This document shows, piece by piece, positions 39,447 to 52,300 of a stretch of 64,000 nt of DNA. The stretch comes from Eledone cirrhosa (taxonomy: Eukaryota): NCBI GenBank assembly GCA_964016885.1, contig OZ024743.1, forward strand, positions 89,900,001-89,964,000. The letters run 5' to 3'. The notes beneath the pieces were generated by a model. The model was not told the DNA's origin and did not search any database. It saw nothing but the letters and a program-made list of their open reading frames with translations. The first letter of the stretch is position 1. Each line of letters starts with the position of its first letter. The translations under genes were made by a program, and so were the position numbers.

Positions 39447-40079
39447 CTTATCTTCAGTTAAATAATATCACTCAATGTTTATTTACTTCACCACAATTCG
39501 CTATAAATATCACCTTCCCTTACATCAGGTCCTCTTATATATGCTATAAATAGGGTCCTTATCAAAAAATAGTACAATATTTGTACTATATATATATACT
39601 GTATATGTGTGTGTATATAAAACATATATTTATGTATATATATCTATAAATATATATATATGCATACATATATATATATATATATATAAATACATATATA
39701 TATATATATATATTTCGTTTCTGAATTTGTTTAGCAAGATTCTTATTGACAACATGACCCTCCCAAAGTATAACAATATATATATATATTTATATATATA
39801 TATTTATATATATATTTATATATATATATTTGTATATATATATATGTATATATATATGCATATATTTATGTGTGTGTGTGCGTGTGTATGTATGTGTGTG
39901 TGTCTGTGTGTGCTGTTTGTAATGTCTTTATTTCCTTTCAACAGAATATCTTTCGTTGTCCAATACAGTAACTGTTGGAAACAGTTAAAAACTACACGAG
40001 AAATTCTATGTTAGAAAGTTGAAAATAGCAAATTGAAAATAGAAACTCATTTATTTATTCAGGGGGAATCGATATAATT

Positions 40080-40209
<130 letters not shown>

Positions 40210-40524
40210 ATCCCTCTCACTCTCTTACACACATAAACACTTGCATACACGCACACAAACACACACACTCTTTATCTCTTTCTCTTTCTCTTTCTCTTTC
40301 TCTTTCTCTTTCTCTTTCCCTTTCTCTCTCTTTCTCTCTCCCTCTACTCTCGCTCTCTCTCTTTCTTTCTCTCTCTCCCTCTCTCTCTCTCTCACACATA
40401 AACGCATGCATACATACACACACACAAACACACACACTCACACACTCTCTCTCACACACATATATTCTCTCTCTCATTCTCTCTCTCACGCGCACACTCT
40501 CTCTCTCATACACACATACACACA

Positions 40525-40578
<54 letters not shown>

Positions 40579-41042
40579 CACACACACACACTCTCTCTCT
40601 CTCCATCCTACATTGGTGGTGAGGTGACTGATGGTGTATGTTTGTTTAGTCTCCAGTTTATATAACAGACAGCCACACAAGCTGATCCAGATTGTACAAA
40701 TACTGATATTGTTCAAAGTCTTTCTCTTACAATTTGCAGTGAAAGACCAAAACAAAATAAAGCAAAGACATTTCCTTCTCCTTTACCAACTGAAAAGAAA
40801 AGAAAAATCTCCCAATTTCCACTCGGCTTAAGTTGAGTTAAACTTCTTTGTTTTATTTTTGAATTTCCTTTCGAAAGTTCATTTGTTTATTTATGTGTTT
40901 GAAAGCTGTATGTCACAGCTTACAACTAAATAGAGCGGTCCCGGCTTATATGATGTCTCAATATGTATGTTAACTCTCTCTCTATATATATTGTGTATAT
41001 ATATATATATGTGTGTGTATACATAAACACACACACACACAT

Positions 41043-41180
<138 letters not shown>

Positions 41181-41781
41181 AAAAATAGACCGAGAAACAA
41201 GAATGTCCTTCATCAGTAGCCTGCTGATTATTGTTGGTATTTTTTCGCATTAAAGACTAGATACCTAAAATCAGTGCGAGCGATAACTAAATTAAGTTAT
41301 CGGGACAGAGGAAAACAGAGGAAAGGAAACAAACAACATGGTAGTAATGCAACGTAAAGAGAGAAAAAGAGAGACAAATCAAACGACGAGAAGAAACAGA
41401 CGCGTCCGAGCCACGTGAAAAGTGAGAGGGGAAAGAAATTCACGTAGGTCAGACGGGAGGAAGTGGAGAGGAGGAGTAGCAGAGAGTGAGTGAGTGAAAG
41501 TGTGAGGAAGAGGCCAGCCGAGAGTGAGTGACCAGCAACGGGAGTGGAGGAAAGCAAGAGGTGAAGGAGAGAGAATGGGGAGAGAGAAAGAGGATGGCAG
41601 TAAGGTGACAGAAAAAATACGAACCACAGCGAAAGGAAAAAATATGTGAATGAAAAATGGCGTGCTGCGTTGTTGCGAATATGAACATATGAATAAAATA
41701 TGTATGTGTGTGTGTGTATGTGTGTATATGCATACACACACATATACACAATATATATATATATGTGTACACTTAGGTGTG

Positions 41782-41820
<39 letters not shown>

Positions 41821-42029
41821 CCAATCCGATCCAATCCGATCCGGGGCCCTCTCTCTCCTGTTGGAGGAACCCTTCACTGGTTGAGGTCCGCTGTTTTATG
41901 TTTGGTTTCGGTCAGGTCAGGGGTGTATCCGTACTCACCAGGCTATTTAATCCATCAGAGCACTGCTGGGAAATGTATAGTCTGAAAATTAAGCCCACAA
42001 ACTTAAATGCAAAACTAGGAACGTAGTAT

Positions 42030-42790
42030 ATAGCCTAAGATGTAGGAATAAGAACACAACTTACATAGGTGAGACAGCCGTAGCATAGGAGAAGGAATAA
42101 ATGAACACTGGCGAGAACTCCAAGATTGGAAGAACTCATCAGTACTACATCAACATGTTAAAATAAAACATGAGGGCACACTAGATAACATAGAAATAAA
42201 GATCATATGAACACACAGAAAAGACGGAATGCTCCGACAGATTACAGAAACGATAAACATAAACGAACTCCAACCAAAATTAAACAGAAGACATGAGTGG
42301 AATAGCAACAACATCACAACTAGTAATTAAGGACAAGATAAAGACATACTGAGACACACAAGAACCAAACTAATAAAACAAACCAGACACACACAGATAG
42401 AACAAGCAACAAACTAGTAACAAGTAAATAAACGTATAAATAACTAAATGAAAACACACGCACACCCGAATATAGCGCATGCCCAACCCAAGTACACATC
42501 ACACTGCTCACAAAAACAACATGAACTAGAACAGAAAAAAAGAGAGACACGAAACACAAATTAGCCACTGAGGAGGTCACATAATGTGTGACGAACGAAA
42601 GAGCTTTGACAATAAACAAATAAACAACCATCCGGTTATTAAAGCAACCAACTAGAAATGTGTAATAAATTGAAGTGAAAACCATCAGGTGCATGTGTTT
42701 TTATTGGCAGCATGACCCTCCCAAAGTATAACAATATCTGTTTCAAGACACGTTTTCTGATAAGAAATCTTGCAAAAGAAATACAAAAAC
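42030..42790 (+). mobile_element. Penelope-like 3' fragment (GIY-YIG C-terminus + 3' region ending in the family C terminus)
   Basis: KHEGTLDNIEIKII...MLRQITETININELQPKLNRRHEW; HHR-like CTGAGGA-GGTCACA..TGTGAC..GAAA-GAGC-TT at about 42565-42610; ATGACCCTCCCAAAGTATAACAATAT at 42712. Confidence 0.65.
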
Positions 42791-42801
42791 GATATATATG
42801 T

Positions 42802-42865
<64 letters not shown>

Positions 42866-42904
42866 CAGGAGGCTGAACTAGTGTAAATCCTTGAAAGGTT
42901 TATT

Positions 42905-42962
42905 ATACTATGATCATTTCAATGACCGGGTTCCATATGAATGCGGTGATATCATCAGGTAT
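42905..42962 (-). ncRNA. Type I hammerhead ribozyme near the 3' end of a minus-strand element (42860-43420)
   Basis: Minus strand: ATAC-CTGATGA-tatcACCG...CGGTcatt-GAAA-TGATCA-TA-GTAT. Confidence 0.7.
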
Positions 42963-43499
42963 TTGAAATATAACAAAGGAATATGTAAAACCATGGGTCC
43001 GAAAAATCAGAGACAGGGAGGACGACTGACCAACTAGCTGTCTTCACCTCGGCCAGTCGCCCTCAAAGTGATGGCAACTCGATCTGCTAATGACCATCTG
43101 GTGAGGGGGCGAAGGCTTATAATGTACTACCACTCTCCGTCAAAGAATAAAAAATAAAAAAGGGGAAGAAAGAAAGAGAGAAGGAAAAAAAAGAAAAACG
43201 AGAAAGAAAGAAGTCAGCGTAAGGGTCACACTACAGTCAAGCTAGAAAACGCCGCGAAAAACGTCTAAAGAATCTATATTTTAACAAAGGCATATATAAT
43301 GGGTGTCTATATGGTCTAATGTGTGAACCGAAATTTGGAACGTTAAACTTATGTTAAGAGTTATAGGATGAAATTAAATTAAAAAATTGAAGATTGGTAA
43401 ATAAATAAAAAAAATTATTTAATGAACTTACAGAGAGGGTTTTATATGAAAAAGTTATATATTTATACATATACATATATATACACACATATATTTATA

Positions 43500-43591
<92 letters not shown>

Positions 43592-43843
43592 TATTGAAGT
43601 TTGCTTGAAGCATTGTGGAACAATAAGTAAATATCTTTAAGTCGTTTGGAAGCCTCGACAATGCAAATGGGTAAATCTCCGGGTAACAAGGTCCGGTGGT
43701 GGAGAGAGAGATGTAAGTGGGTGTACGTTGAGATGCGTGGTGTGTATAAGATGTGTGAGATGTGTAGAATGAAGGGAAGAGTATAAAGGATAAAATTAAA
43801 ATAACAACACAAGAGAGAGTTACCTTGGGAGAGATTTAATAGG

Positions 43844-43899
<56 letters not shown>

Positions 43900-43905
<6 letters not shown>

Positions 43906-44263
43906 GTTTGTATTTGTAAAGCCAAGACAATGCAGGTAAGGACATAGAATAAAGAATACAAATGCAAAAGATATCGTTGACAATTAGTCTTTTAACTTAG
44001 ATTTATTTAAATGTCCTTAATTTTCGAGATAATATCTCTTCTTCGGAGGGAAGTAAAGCGGTTAAACCAGTGTTCTAAATAGCTTGCCAAGTCATGTTAA
44101 AAAAAAAAATAAATAAATAAATCTAAGGTAAAAGACTAATTGTCAACAACATCTTTTGCATTTACATTCTTTATTCTATATCCATACCTGCATTGTCTTG
44201 GCTTTACAAATACAAACGTTTATACCTCATTACACAATGCTTCAAGTGAACTATAACTCCCTC

Positions 44264-44268
<5 letters not shown>
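43900..44268. mobile_element. Fold-back element family E in (TA)n
   Basis: Arms about 43900-44007 / 44115-44223, tail to 44268. The spacer holds a degenerate minus-strand HHR (CCGAAGA-aGAGATAtTATCTC-GAAA-AT-TA). A second copy is at 56555-56738. Confidence 0.8.
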
Positions 44269-44340
<72 letters not shown>

Positions 44341-44353
44341 CACACACACATAA

Positions 44354-44445
<92 letters not shown>

Positions 44446-44448
<3 letters not shown>

Positions 44449-45070
44449 TTGAGTATATGTTGTGGTTGTATACCAACACCTCAGTATGCAGGCTGGAGCA
44501 CTAGACGAAGTGAGTTGGTTGGTTTGCTTACTCCGGAGTAATGTAAAATAAAGTTAAATAAAAAGTCAAATGTTTAAAATTTAGCTTCGTTTATTGCTGC
44601 TATATATATATTCAGTGACAGCCATCTTTGGCTGTGACCTCTTCAGGCAGTCCGAATTAGTGTGGTATAGACAAGTACATATGTTGTTGAGGTGTATAAT
44701 ATTGTCAATACTCTGATATGCCCAGTTCCTGGTTGGGTTGTTATTTCACTGAGGAACTGGAATCATATGAATTCAAACAAACGAATTTCAGTGTCAAATG
44801 GCCTCTTCTCCTCTCATTGGTCAGTTGTTAGAACATTCCTCATTCTAAGTGTTGTTATTGTTGGAGTTAGCTTAAAAAATTGATAAAGTGGTAGAAGGGA
44901 CAAGGTGTTAAAGGAACAAAATAACAAAAAAAGTGTCAAACTTCCCATTGGTCAGTTCTGAGAGCATTCCTCAGTCAGAAGTCTATAGAATTCTTTCTGG
45001 GGTGAGGCTCCCTGTAGTGTTTTTGTTTGCAAACAAAAACACTACAGGGAGCCTCACCCCAGAAAGAATT
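44446..45070 (-). mobile_element. Penelope-type 3' segment with HHR (44597-44650, -) and a perfect 82-bp palindrome at its 5' end
   Basis: Minus strand CTGC-CTGAAGA-GGTcACAGCCA aaga TGGCTGTcACT-GAA(T)-ATATATA-TA-GCAG; palindrome arms 44989-45029 / 45030-45070. Confidence 0.7.
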
Positions 45071-45090
45071 ATATATATATATTATATATA

Positions 45091-46551
45091 TGAGACGACA
45101 AGGAAAACCCTCGACTATCTGCCAGTAGATATAACCAAAGCGAAGGAGCTACTGGCAGATGCGAAAAAATATATAGTGTACGGAGAAAATGGTTCATTCA
45201 CAATCCGTCCCCCCCCCCCCCCGGAACTAAAAAGCCAGAGACTCCTAAACACGGTCATGTTTAGGACAATCTCGAACAAAAGTAAAAAACCAGCTCAACC
45301 ATCACAGAGTGAGATAGAGCTGGTTTTAAAAGACGTCATGAAGGACATCACCTTCATTCAGAAGGATAGACTCTACGGGAGTCTATCAATTCTCATGAAG
45401 GACAGGGACACAGCAGTGAAACTGTCCATCAACCAATCACATCCACCGCATACACCTTCTACCCTACGTACATGGGTAGAAGAACACAAAAAATAAAAAT
45501 CCACACCATCCTGCCGATTATGGACATATGGTGGGTTTTGACAGGTTTTCTGGACCTGGAGGATGACATGCTGGTGTCCATGGGAAAGGCATCGGGTGAC
45601 GCGTTCAGTGGAACGAGCCTCGAACTTGTAGTTCAAATGAGGCCCGAAAGGATCGCCCAGATCCCTGAACGCGTCATACTGGATGATCTAACCTTCATCA
45701 ACATTACCGTTGAGGGTAGACGGCCCTCGTGTTACCTCTGCGGAACCAGAGGTCACCTGAGGGCTGTCTGTCCCCAACTTAATAAGAAAACCCCAATCCT
45801 GCCTACACCACCAACAACTGCACAACCAACACAATCACCACAACTACCACTACAAAAACAACCACCACAGCTCAAACCAAAACAAAACAATGTCCAACCC
45901 ATCCCCTCCACTCAAAAAACAAAAACAATTTCCAAAACACCCGTACCGCAAACACAACCCGAAAATATACCCCTCCCCTCCAACGCGGAAGATGACCCTA
46001 GTTCGTCGTCAGACGAGGAGGAGCACTTCCACACAATCAAAAGAAAAAAAAGAAAACACACCTCAGACACATAAATGAAAACAACCCCTCCCCAAAACAT
46101 AACACTGACACCAACACAAAAGAGCTCACAACAACAGCAAACAAAAAACACCACACAAAAACAAAAACATGCATACACATACATAAACACAAGAAACAAA
46201 AAACTGTTAAACATTGTGTACAACAACAATCTAATAAAAACACAAGGGCCTAACTTCACCCAGGCAGGGGATTTCCCCCACCTCAAAATGATTAAGGCCC
46301 CACAGGACACCTATAAAACTTTAAAAAACAATTTTAAAGAGGACGTGGGTCCCCCCTGCATCGGGCCCATTAACCGCGTCCTCCTAAAAAACTATCCCAC
46401 CCCCTCCCCAAACACCCACACAACTCCAAGCTCCCCAACCACACAACACACTGATGCCCCTACACTTCCACAAACCACCACCCCACCCAACAACCCATCC
46501 CCCACCCTAATGGAAATTGTGCAGCCCGATACCCGGGACGCAGAGAGGTAA
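45091..46551 (+). pseudogene. LINE ORF1 (gag-like CCHC knuckle), disrupted
   Basis: CYLCGTRGHLRAVC zinc knuckle preceded by ITVEGRRP; frameshift near 45470-45496 and a stop at 46074. Confidence 0.8.
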
Positions 46552-46575
46552 GTGCCTTTTCTCTTCACCACCAAC

Positions 46576-49500
46576 ATGGCTATGCTAAGAGTAGGCTGTT
46601 TAAATGCGCGTGGCCTGGGCTCAACTTGGAAGCAAGCAATGCTTCTAAATGACCTCAGGTCACAACGTATAGATGTGATGGTTATTTGCGAGGCCCGGAT
46701 CAGCAACGTGCGACAGCTGGCCCCCACCTTTGATGACTTTGAGATGCACGCATCTCTCTGTCAGCCCGGAGGTGGGGGTGGAGTTGTCGTTCTGCTGCAA
46801 AAACATCTGGGTCTCGCAACACAGATGGTACATTTGGACCCGCAGGGTCGACTAGTGGTTCTGGACCTTGGCAGTGGTAAAGGCGGAGCGTTTAGGTTGG
46901 TAGCCGCCTACGGCCCTTTCGGGTCAATGCGGCCGGACTTCTTCCATCGTCTGGAGACTTTTCTAGGGAGGTCCCGCTCCTTGCTATTAGTGGAGGACTG
47001 GAATGGTATCCTAGATGCACGCTGGGACTACGTAGGGGCCTGTCCCGATAGAGAGGGGTGTAATAGCCTCAAAGGGTTAATCGGTCGATTTGACCTGGCC
47101 GATAGATATCGACTAGATTTTCCGACTGCGCCAACCTGGACTTGGGCAAATCGTAGCGGAACGTCTAGGTCGTACCTAGATAGGTTCTTAGTTAGAATTA
47201 AGGATAAGGACTTTTTAAGTTGTCCAAAAATGCGCATGGTTGGCTATTCAGACCACAAATTAGTGACCTGCATGGTCAACCTTGACAGAACTCATAGACA
47301 GGGACCCGGTTACTGGAAGCTCAACTTGTCCTTACCGGCAAGTAAGGCTTACAGGAACCGGATTAGCACTTTAGTTAAGGAGCGGTTGACGGGCGCCATC
47401 GTCAACAGCAGGTGGTGGGGATCTCTCAAAAGAGAGATTAGAGTAGTCTCTATAGAATTTAGTAAGGAGTTAGCCTCCAATAGAAATAGGAAGGAAAGGG
47501 AGTTGGTAGATAGTGTAGAAGAGGCAATTAGAAGCGGCGACGTGGCCAGCGTGCTAGCGTCGAGAACGGCCCTGGGCCAGTTCTTCGACGCGAAACACGA
47601 AGGCTGCATCGTCCGAAGCAAAATACGTGCTCTGGGAAACGAGGGCACCAAAGCTGTTAGCTGGGCCCGCGTGACAGAAGCCAAAAGAGGGAGCAGATCC
47701 ACTATCCGGTCTTTGCGAGACCAGGATGGACGGGTGATCCTTGAACCTAAGCAGATGTGCGAGGCTTTTCAAAAGCACTTTGCCGAATTGTTCGGAAGGG
47801 GCGGGGGGCCGGTTGGGGACGTGGACTTCGGTCCATACCTCGACGGCCTGCCGCGTCTCTCGGACAGGGAGGCGAAGTCCTGCGAGGAGCCGATTTCAGC
47901 CGCTGAGATAGAGGACGTGCTGAGCCAATGCGGCAAACGCAAATCCCCGTGTCTCGATGGTCTTCCATACGAACTATATCTAGCTATGCCGGACTTATTC
48001 CCCGAACTCCTCGAGGCGGTCTACTGCAACTGGCAACAGAACGGGAGAATTCCCTGTGCTGTGACCAAGGGCGTAGTCACGCTAGTGAGGAAGGACGAGG
48101 ACAAGGGGGACGATATAAATAATTTCAGGCCCATAACTCTGCTAAATACAGAGTTACAGATTTTGGCCAAGGTGCTAGCAAAGAGGTTGGCGCTTGTCGT
48201 GGGCAACCTGGTGGGAGATGCGCAGACATGTGCTATCCCGTCCAGGTCCATCCACAATAACCTCCACCTCATGCGATACATCATAGAGAGGGTTGGGAAC
48301 GAACCCAGCTTTGGTGGGGCCCTGATCAACTTGGATCAATCTAAGGCATTCGATAGGGTCGACCATGGTTACCTGGATGCGGTGCTAGCGGCGGCAGGCT
48401 TCGGACCCGTTTTCAGGGGCTGGATCAATGCCATGCACAGCAGCCGCATCTGCTCTAGGGTCAAGGTGAACGGCTACCTCTCGGAGCCGTTCGAAATCGC
48501 GCGGTCCATCCGACAGGGGTGCCCTCTCTCCTCCCTTCTGTATGTAGTGACTCTAGAGTCACTGCTGCGGAAGTTGGAGTTGTTGCAGGGCATCCCGTTG
48601 GAACCGGGATTGCGGAAAGCGGTGTCAGCCTACGCCGATGACGTAACAGTAATGGTGTCGACGGCCTCGGAAATCGGGGCGATCGGCACCTTACTGGAGG
48701 AGTACGAAAGGTTTACAGGGGCTAAGCTGAACCGGGACAAGTCGATCGGTCTGCAACTCGGCACGTGGAGGGGCAGATCGATGCCCTCCGATGGCGTCGT
48801 CGGGCGCTGGACGGAGGGCCCGGTGAAATTGCTCGGGGTCTGGTTTGGACCAGACCTCCAGGTGGAGAAGAACTGGGGTGAGGTGACGAGCAGGGTGTTT
48901 GCACTGACCCAGAAGTGGGCCGAGTGCAAACTGTCCCTGAAAGGTCGGGCGGAGGTGGCGAACACTTATATAGCGTCCGTCATCTACTACCGCCTGACCG
49001 TGGTGCCTTGCCCAAGGGAAACGCTTGCCAAAATGGTGCGCGCACTCTTCCAATTCCTTTGGAAGAAGCGGGCTCCTATGGTGAGGAGATCCATCTGCTG
49101 TCAACACCCTTCGAAAGGAGGGCTGGGGATGCCGTGGCTGATGATACGTAAACACGCATTAAGGCTACGGCACCTTCAGGTATTCCTCTCCGGTCAACCG
49201 GTGTGGGCCCCGTTTGTGAGGCGAGCCTTTCCCAGACTCGTCTCGCTCACCGAGCTGCAATCCTGGGTCAAGCAAAGACCGAGAAAACTGGGCGCCTGGC
49301 ACACCGAGTGTGCCCAGGCGCTCACGGCTCTCTGGCAGGCGGACCCGGCTGTCAGTGGAGAATCCACCTCGTCATTCTATAGAGGGCTGGTGGTTAGCAG
49401 GTGCGACGACGCCCTCGGAGAAGCCCTAGGCATGGAGGAAGACGAACTGGCCAACCTGTTCAGTAGGACATTCAGCCCGGGACCCATGGATAACTTCCAG

Positions 49501-50013
49501 AGGTCCCTGGCCTGGCAATGCTACAGAAGGGCTCTGCTCGTTCGAGAAAAGCTCTACAGACACGGGCGCCCGGGTAGGGACCCATCGAAAAAGGTCTGTC
49601 CCAGATGCGTGTGCGACGAGGAAACCGTTGCACACGCATTGGTACACTGCTCGGGCATTGCCGATCTGTGGGGCTATGTCGAACAACTGCTGTCAAGGGT
49701 GGGACCGATCCGGTTGACCACCGAGTCTATTGTAACGATCAAGCCGCCTCCCCTCTTCAAAAACGAAGGAGAGGCGGTGTTTCCGTGCGTAATAGCCATG
49801 GCGAAAGAGGTTGTATGGTGGACGCGTCTGAAAGGGCTGAGGTCAGACACCTTTCTCTCTGGCCAACAACTGGTCCGTTTCTTCCGATATCATTTCGGAA
49901 GAAGGATCAGGATAGAGAGAGAGGTGCTGCACCCCAGCCGTTTCTATGAAAGATGGGTGAAAGTGGCGAGAATGGCCCGTGTGAATGGGCCTTCACTCTA
50001 CATCAGACTATAG
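46576..50013 (+). CDS. LINE ORF2: apurinic-like endonuclease + reverse transcriptase + C-terminal CCHC
   Basis: APE: LNARGL, ICEAR, EDWN, YLDRF, SDH. RT: FRPITLLN, DQSKAFDRV, RQGCPLS, YADD, GGLG. C-terminal CPRC...AHALVHC. Uninterrupted 1145 codons from the ATG. Confidence 0.93.
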   Translation: MAMLRVGCLNARGLGSTWKQAMLLNDLRSQRIDVMVICEARISNVRQLAPTFDDFEMHASLCQPGGGGGVVVLLQKHLGLATQMVHLDPQGRLVVLDLGSGKGGAFRLVAAYGPFGSMRPDFFHRLETFLGRSRSLLLVEDWNGILDARWDYVGACPDREGCNSLKGLIGRFDLADRYRLDFPTAPTWTWANRSGTSRSYLDRFLVRIKDKDFLSCPKMRMVGYSDHKLVTCMVNLDRTHRQGPGYWKLNLSLPASKAYRNRISTLVKERLTGAIVNSRWWGSLKREIRVVSIEFSKELASNRNRKERELVDSVEEAIRSGDVASVLASRTALGQFFDAKHEGCIVRSKIRALGNEGTKAVSWARVTEAKRGSRSTIRSLRDQDGRVILEPKQMCEAFQKHFAELFGRGGGPVGDVDFGPYLDGLPRLSDREAKSCEEPISAAEIEDVLSQCGKRKSPCLDGLPYELYLAMPDLFPELLEAVYCNWQQNGRIPCAVTKGVVTLVRKDEDKGDDINNFRPITLLNTELQILAKVLAKRLALVVGNLVGDAQTCAIPSRSIHNNLHLMRYIIERVGNEPSFGGALINLDQSKAFDRVDHGYLDAVLAAAGFGPVFRGWINAMHSSRICSRVKVNGYLSEPFEIARSIRQGCPLSSLLYVVTLESLLRKLELLQGIPLEPGLRKAVSAYADDVTVMVSTASEIGAIGTLLEEYERFTGAKLNRDKSIGLQLGTWRGRSMPSDGVVGRWTEGPVKLLGVWFGPDLQVEKNWGEVTSRVFALTQKWAECKLSLKGRAEVANTYIASVIYYRLTVVPCPRETLAKMVRALFQFLWKKRAPMVRRSICCQHPSKGGLGMPWLMIRKHALRLRHLQVFLSGQPVWAPFVRRAFPRLVSLTELQSWVKQRPRKLGAWHTECAQALTALWQADPAVSGESTSSFYRGLVVSRCDDALGEALGMEEDELANLFSRTFSPGPMDNFQRSLAWQCYRRALLVREKLYRHGRPGRDPSKKVCPRCVCDEETVAHALVHCSGIADLWGYVEQLLSRVGPIRLTTESIVTIKPPPLFKNEGEAVFPCVIAMAKEVVWWTRLKGLRSDTFLSGQQLVRFFRYHFGRRIRIEREVLHPSRFYERWVKVARMARVNGPSLYIRL

Positions 50014-50302
50014 GTGAGGAAGATGAAAGACCAAGGGAGCACCCCTCATCTGTGCTCCTGAGGAGAAGGGTTTCACACTTTTTTCGGGGGTGTGTGCGAC
50101 CCCCCAAGGCGCCTCCTCTCTATTGAGGACTTTGTTATAAATTTTATTTTTTGTTATATTTTATTTTATTTTTATATATTGTTATTGCCTCCTCCTTATT
50201 GAGGACGCCTTGTTTTGTAAACTCCCCCCATTGTACTTGTCCCACTTTTGATGCCCCGGTGGCAAATAAAAGAAACATATATATATATATATTATATATA
50301 TA

Positions 50303-50406
<104 letters not shown>

Positions 50407-50429
50407 TATATATATATATATATATAATA

Positions 50430-50910
<481 letters not shown>

Positions 50911-50914
50911 GTAT

Positions 50915-50966
<52 letters not shown>

Positions 50967-50970
50967 GTAT

Positions 50971-51016
<46 letters not shown>

Positions 51017-51047
51017 CTATATATATATAGATATATATAATATATAT

Positions 51048-51103
51048 ATGTGATTCCTGATGATTTCTAAAGAATGAAACAGTTCTAGTCCTGTAGAATC
51101 TCA

Positions 51104-51104
<1 letters not shown>
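51048..51104 (+). ncRNA. Solitary type I hammerhead ribozyme inside (TA)n
   Basis: ATGTGATTC-CTGATGA-tTTCTaaAGAAt-GAAA-CAG ttctagtc CTG-TA-GAATCTCAT; all three stems can pair. Confidence 0.85.
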
Positions 51105-51184
<80 letters not shown>

Positions 51185-51215
51185 ATATATATATATATAC
51201 ATAATATATAAATAT

Positions 51216-51277
<62 letters not shown>

Positions 51278-51289
51278 ATATATAAATAT

Positions 51290-51357
<68 letters not shown>

Positions 51358-51387
51358 TATATAATATATATATATATAATATATAAT

Positions 51388-51421
<34 letters not shown>

Positions 51422-51950
51422 CAATATATATATATAATATATAAATATAAATATTACTGTATATATATATATATCTACAGTATATATGTATATGCAAAGT
51501 AACTTCACCTGTAACACAGTTCAGACATGACGTGTGGTTATGAGTGTGTGGAATTTGTTGCAGCAGTGAGAATCGATGTGACAGTTCGGGCTTTCATTGC
51601 TCTGAACTTCGTTAATACAAGAACAATGAATAAATTGGAATTTCTGGATAAACCTTAGCCTCATAATACTTAGTCATCTCTGTCATTCGCTTTTTTGGCA
51701 AACACATGAAGCGATCAAGTTGAAACTTTGAAGTCACTGACACTTTCTGACACTCTACGTACCAGTAGTGAATGTTCATTCAGTTAATATTAGAATGATT
51801 TAAGTATTAATACTTTGGTATGTTAAACACATATTCTAATGTATATATACGTAAATAAGACCGTTATTGCTCCAACTGGTCTACTCACCATCAATAACTA
51901 CCTAAATATACATACACACACAAATTACACATATATACACCACACACACG

Positions 51951-52001
<51 letters not shown>

Positions 52002-52213
52002 TAATACGGGATGTTTGTTTACAAACACACCGAGCATTATAATAAATGTTCGGTGAATCCATACGTACATATATGTATGTGTGCATGTATGTAAATATAT
52101 ATACATACTACTGTACGTCGGTATACATATATGTATGTACGTGTACATACTTATATTTAAGTAACAGCCGTACTAAGAGTGGGAAATATAAATTTCGTTT
52201 CATTTTTTCCGTT

Positions 52214-52267
<54 letters not shown>

Positions 52268-52300
52268 GATATAGATATATATATAGATATATATATAGAT

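Larger units (their letters stand above)
45091..50276 (+). mobile_element. Tx1/L1-group LINE, 5'-truncated within ORF1, inserted in (TA)n
   Basis: ORF1 remnants, ORF2 and a 3' UTR ending AATAAAAGAAAC; (TA)n on both flanks; GC-rich relative to its surroundings. Confidence 0.93.

Noticed and set aside
40668-40831. Possible host exon (TATQADPDCTNTDIVQSLSLTICSERPKQ...)
   Set aside because: Short, no recognisable domain and no canonical donor site; cannot be supported without RNA data.
47028-49949. Antisense and alternative-frame ORFs within the LINE
   Set aside because: Shadow ORFs of a GC-rich coding region.
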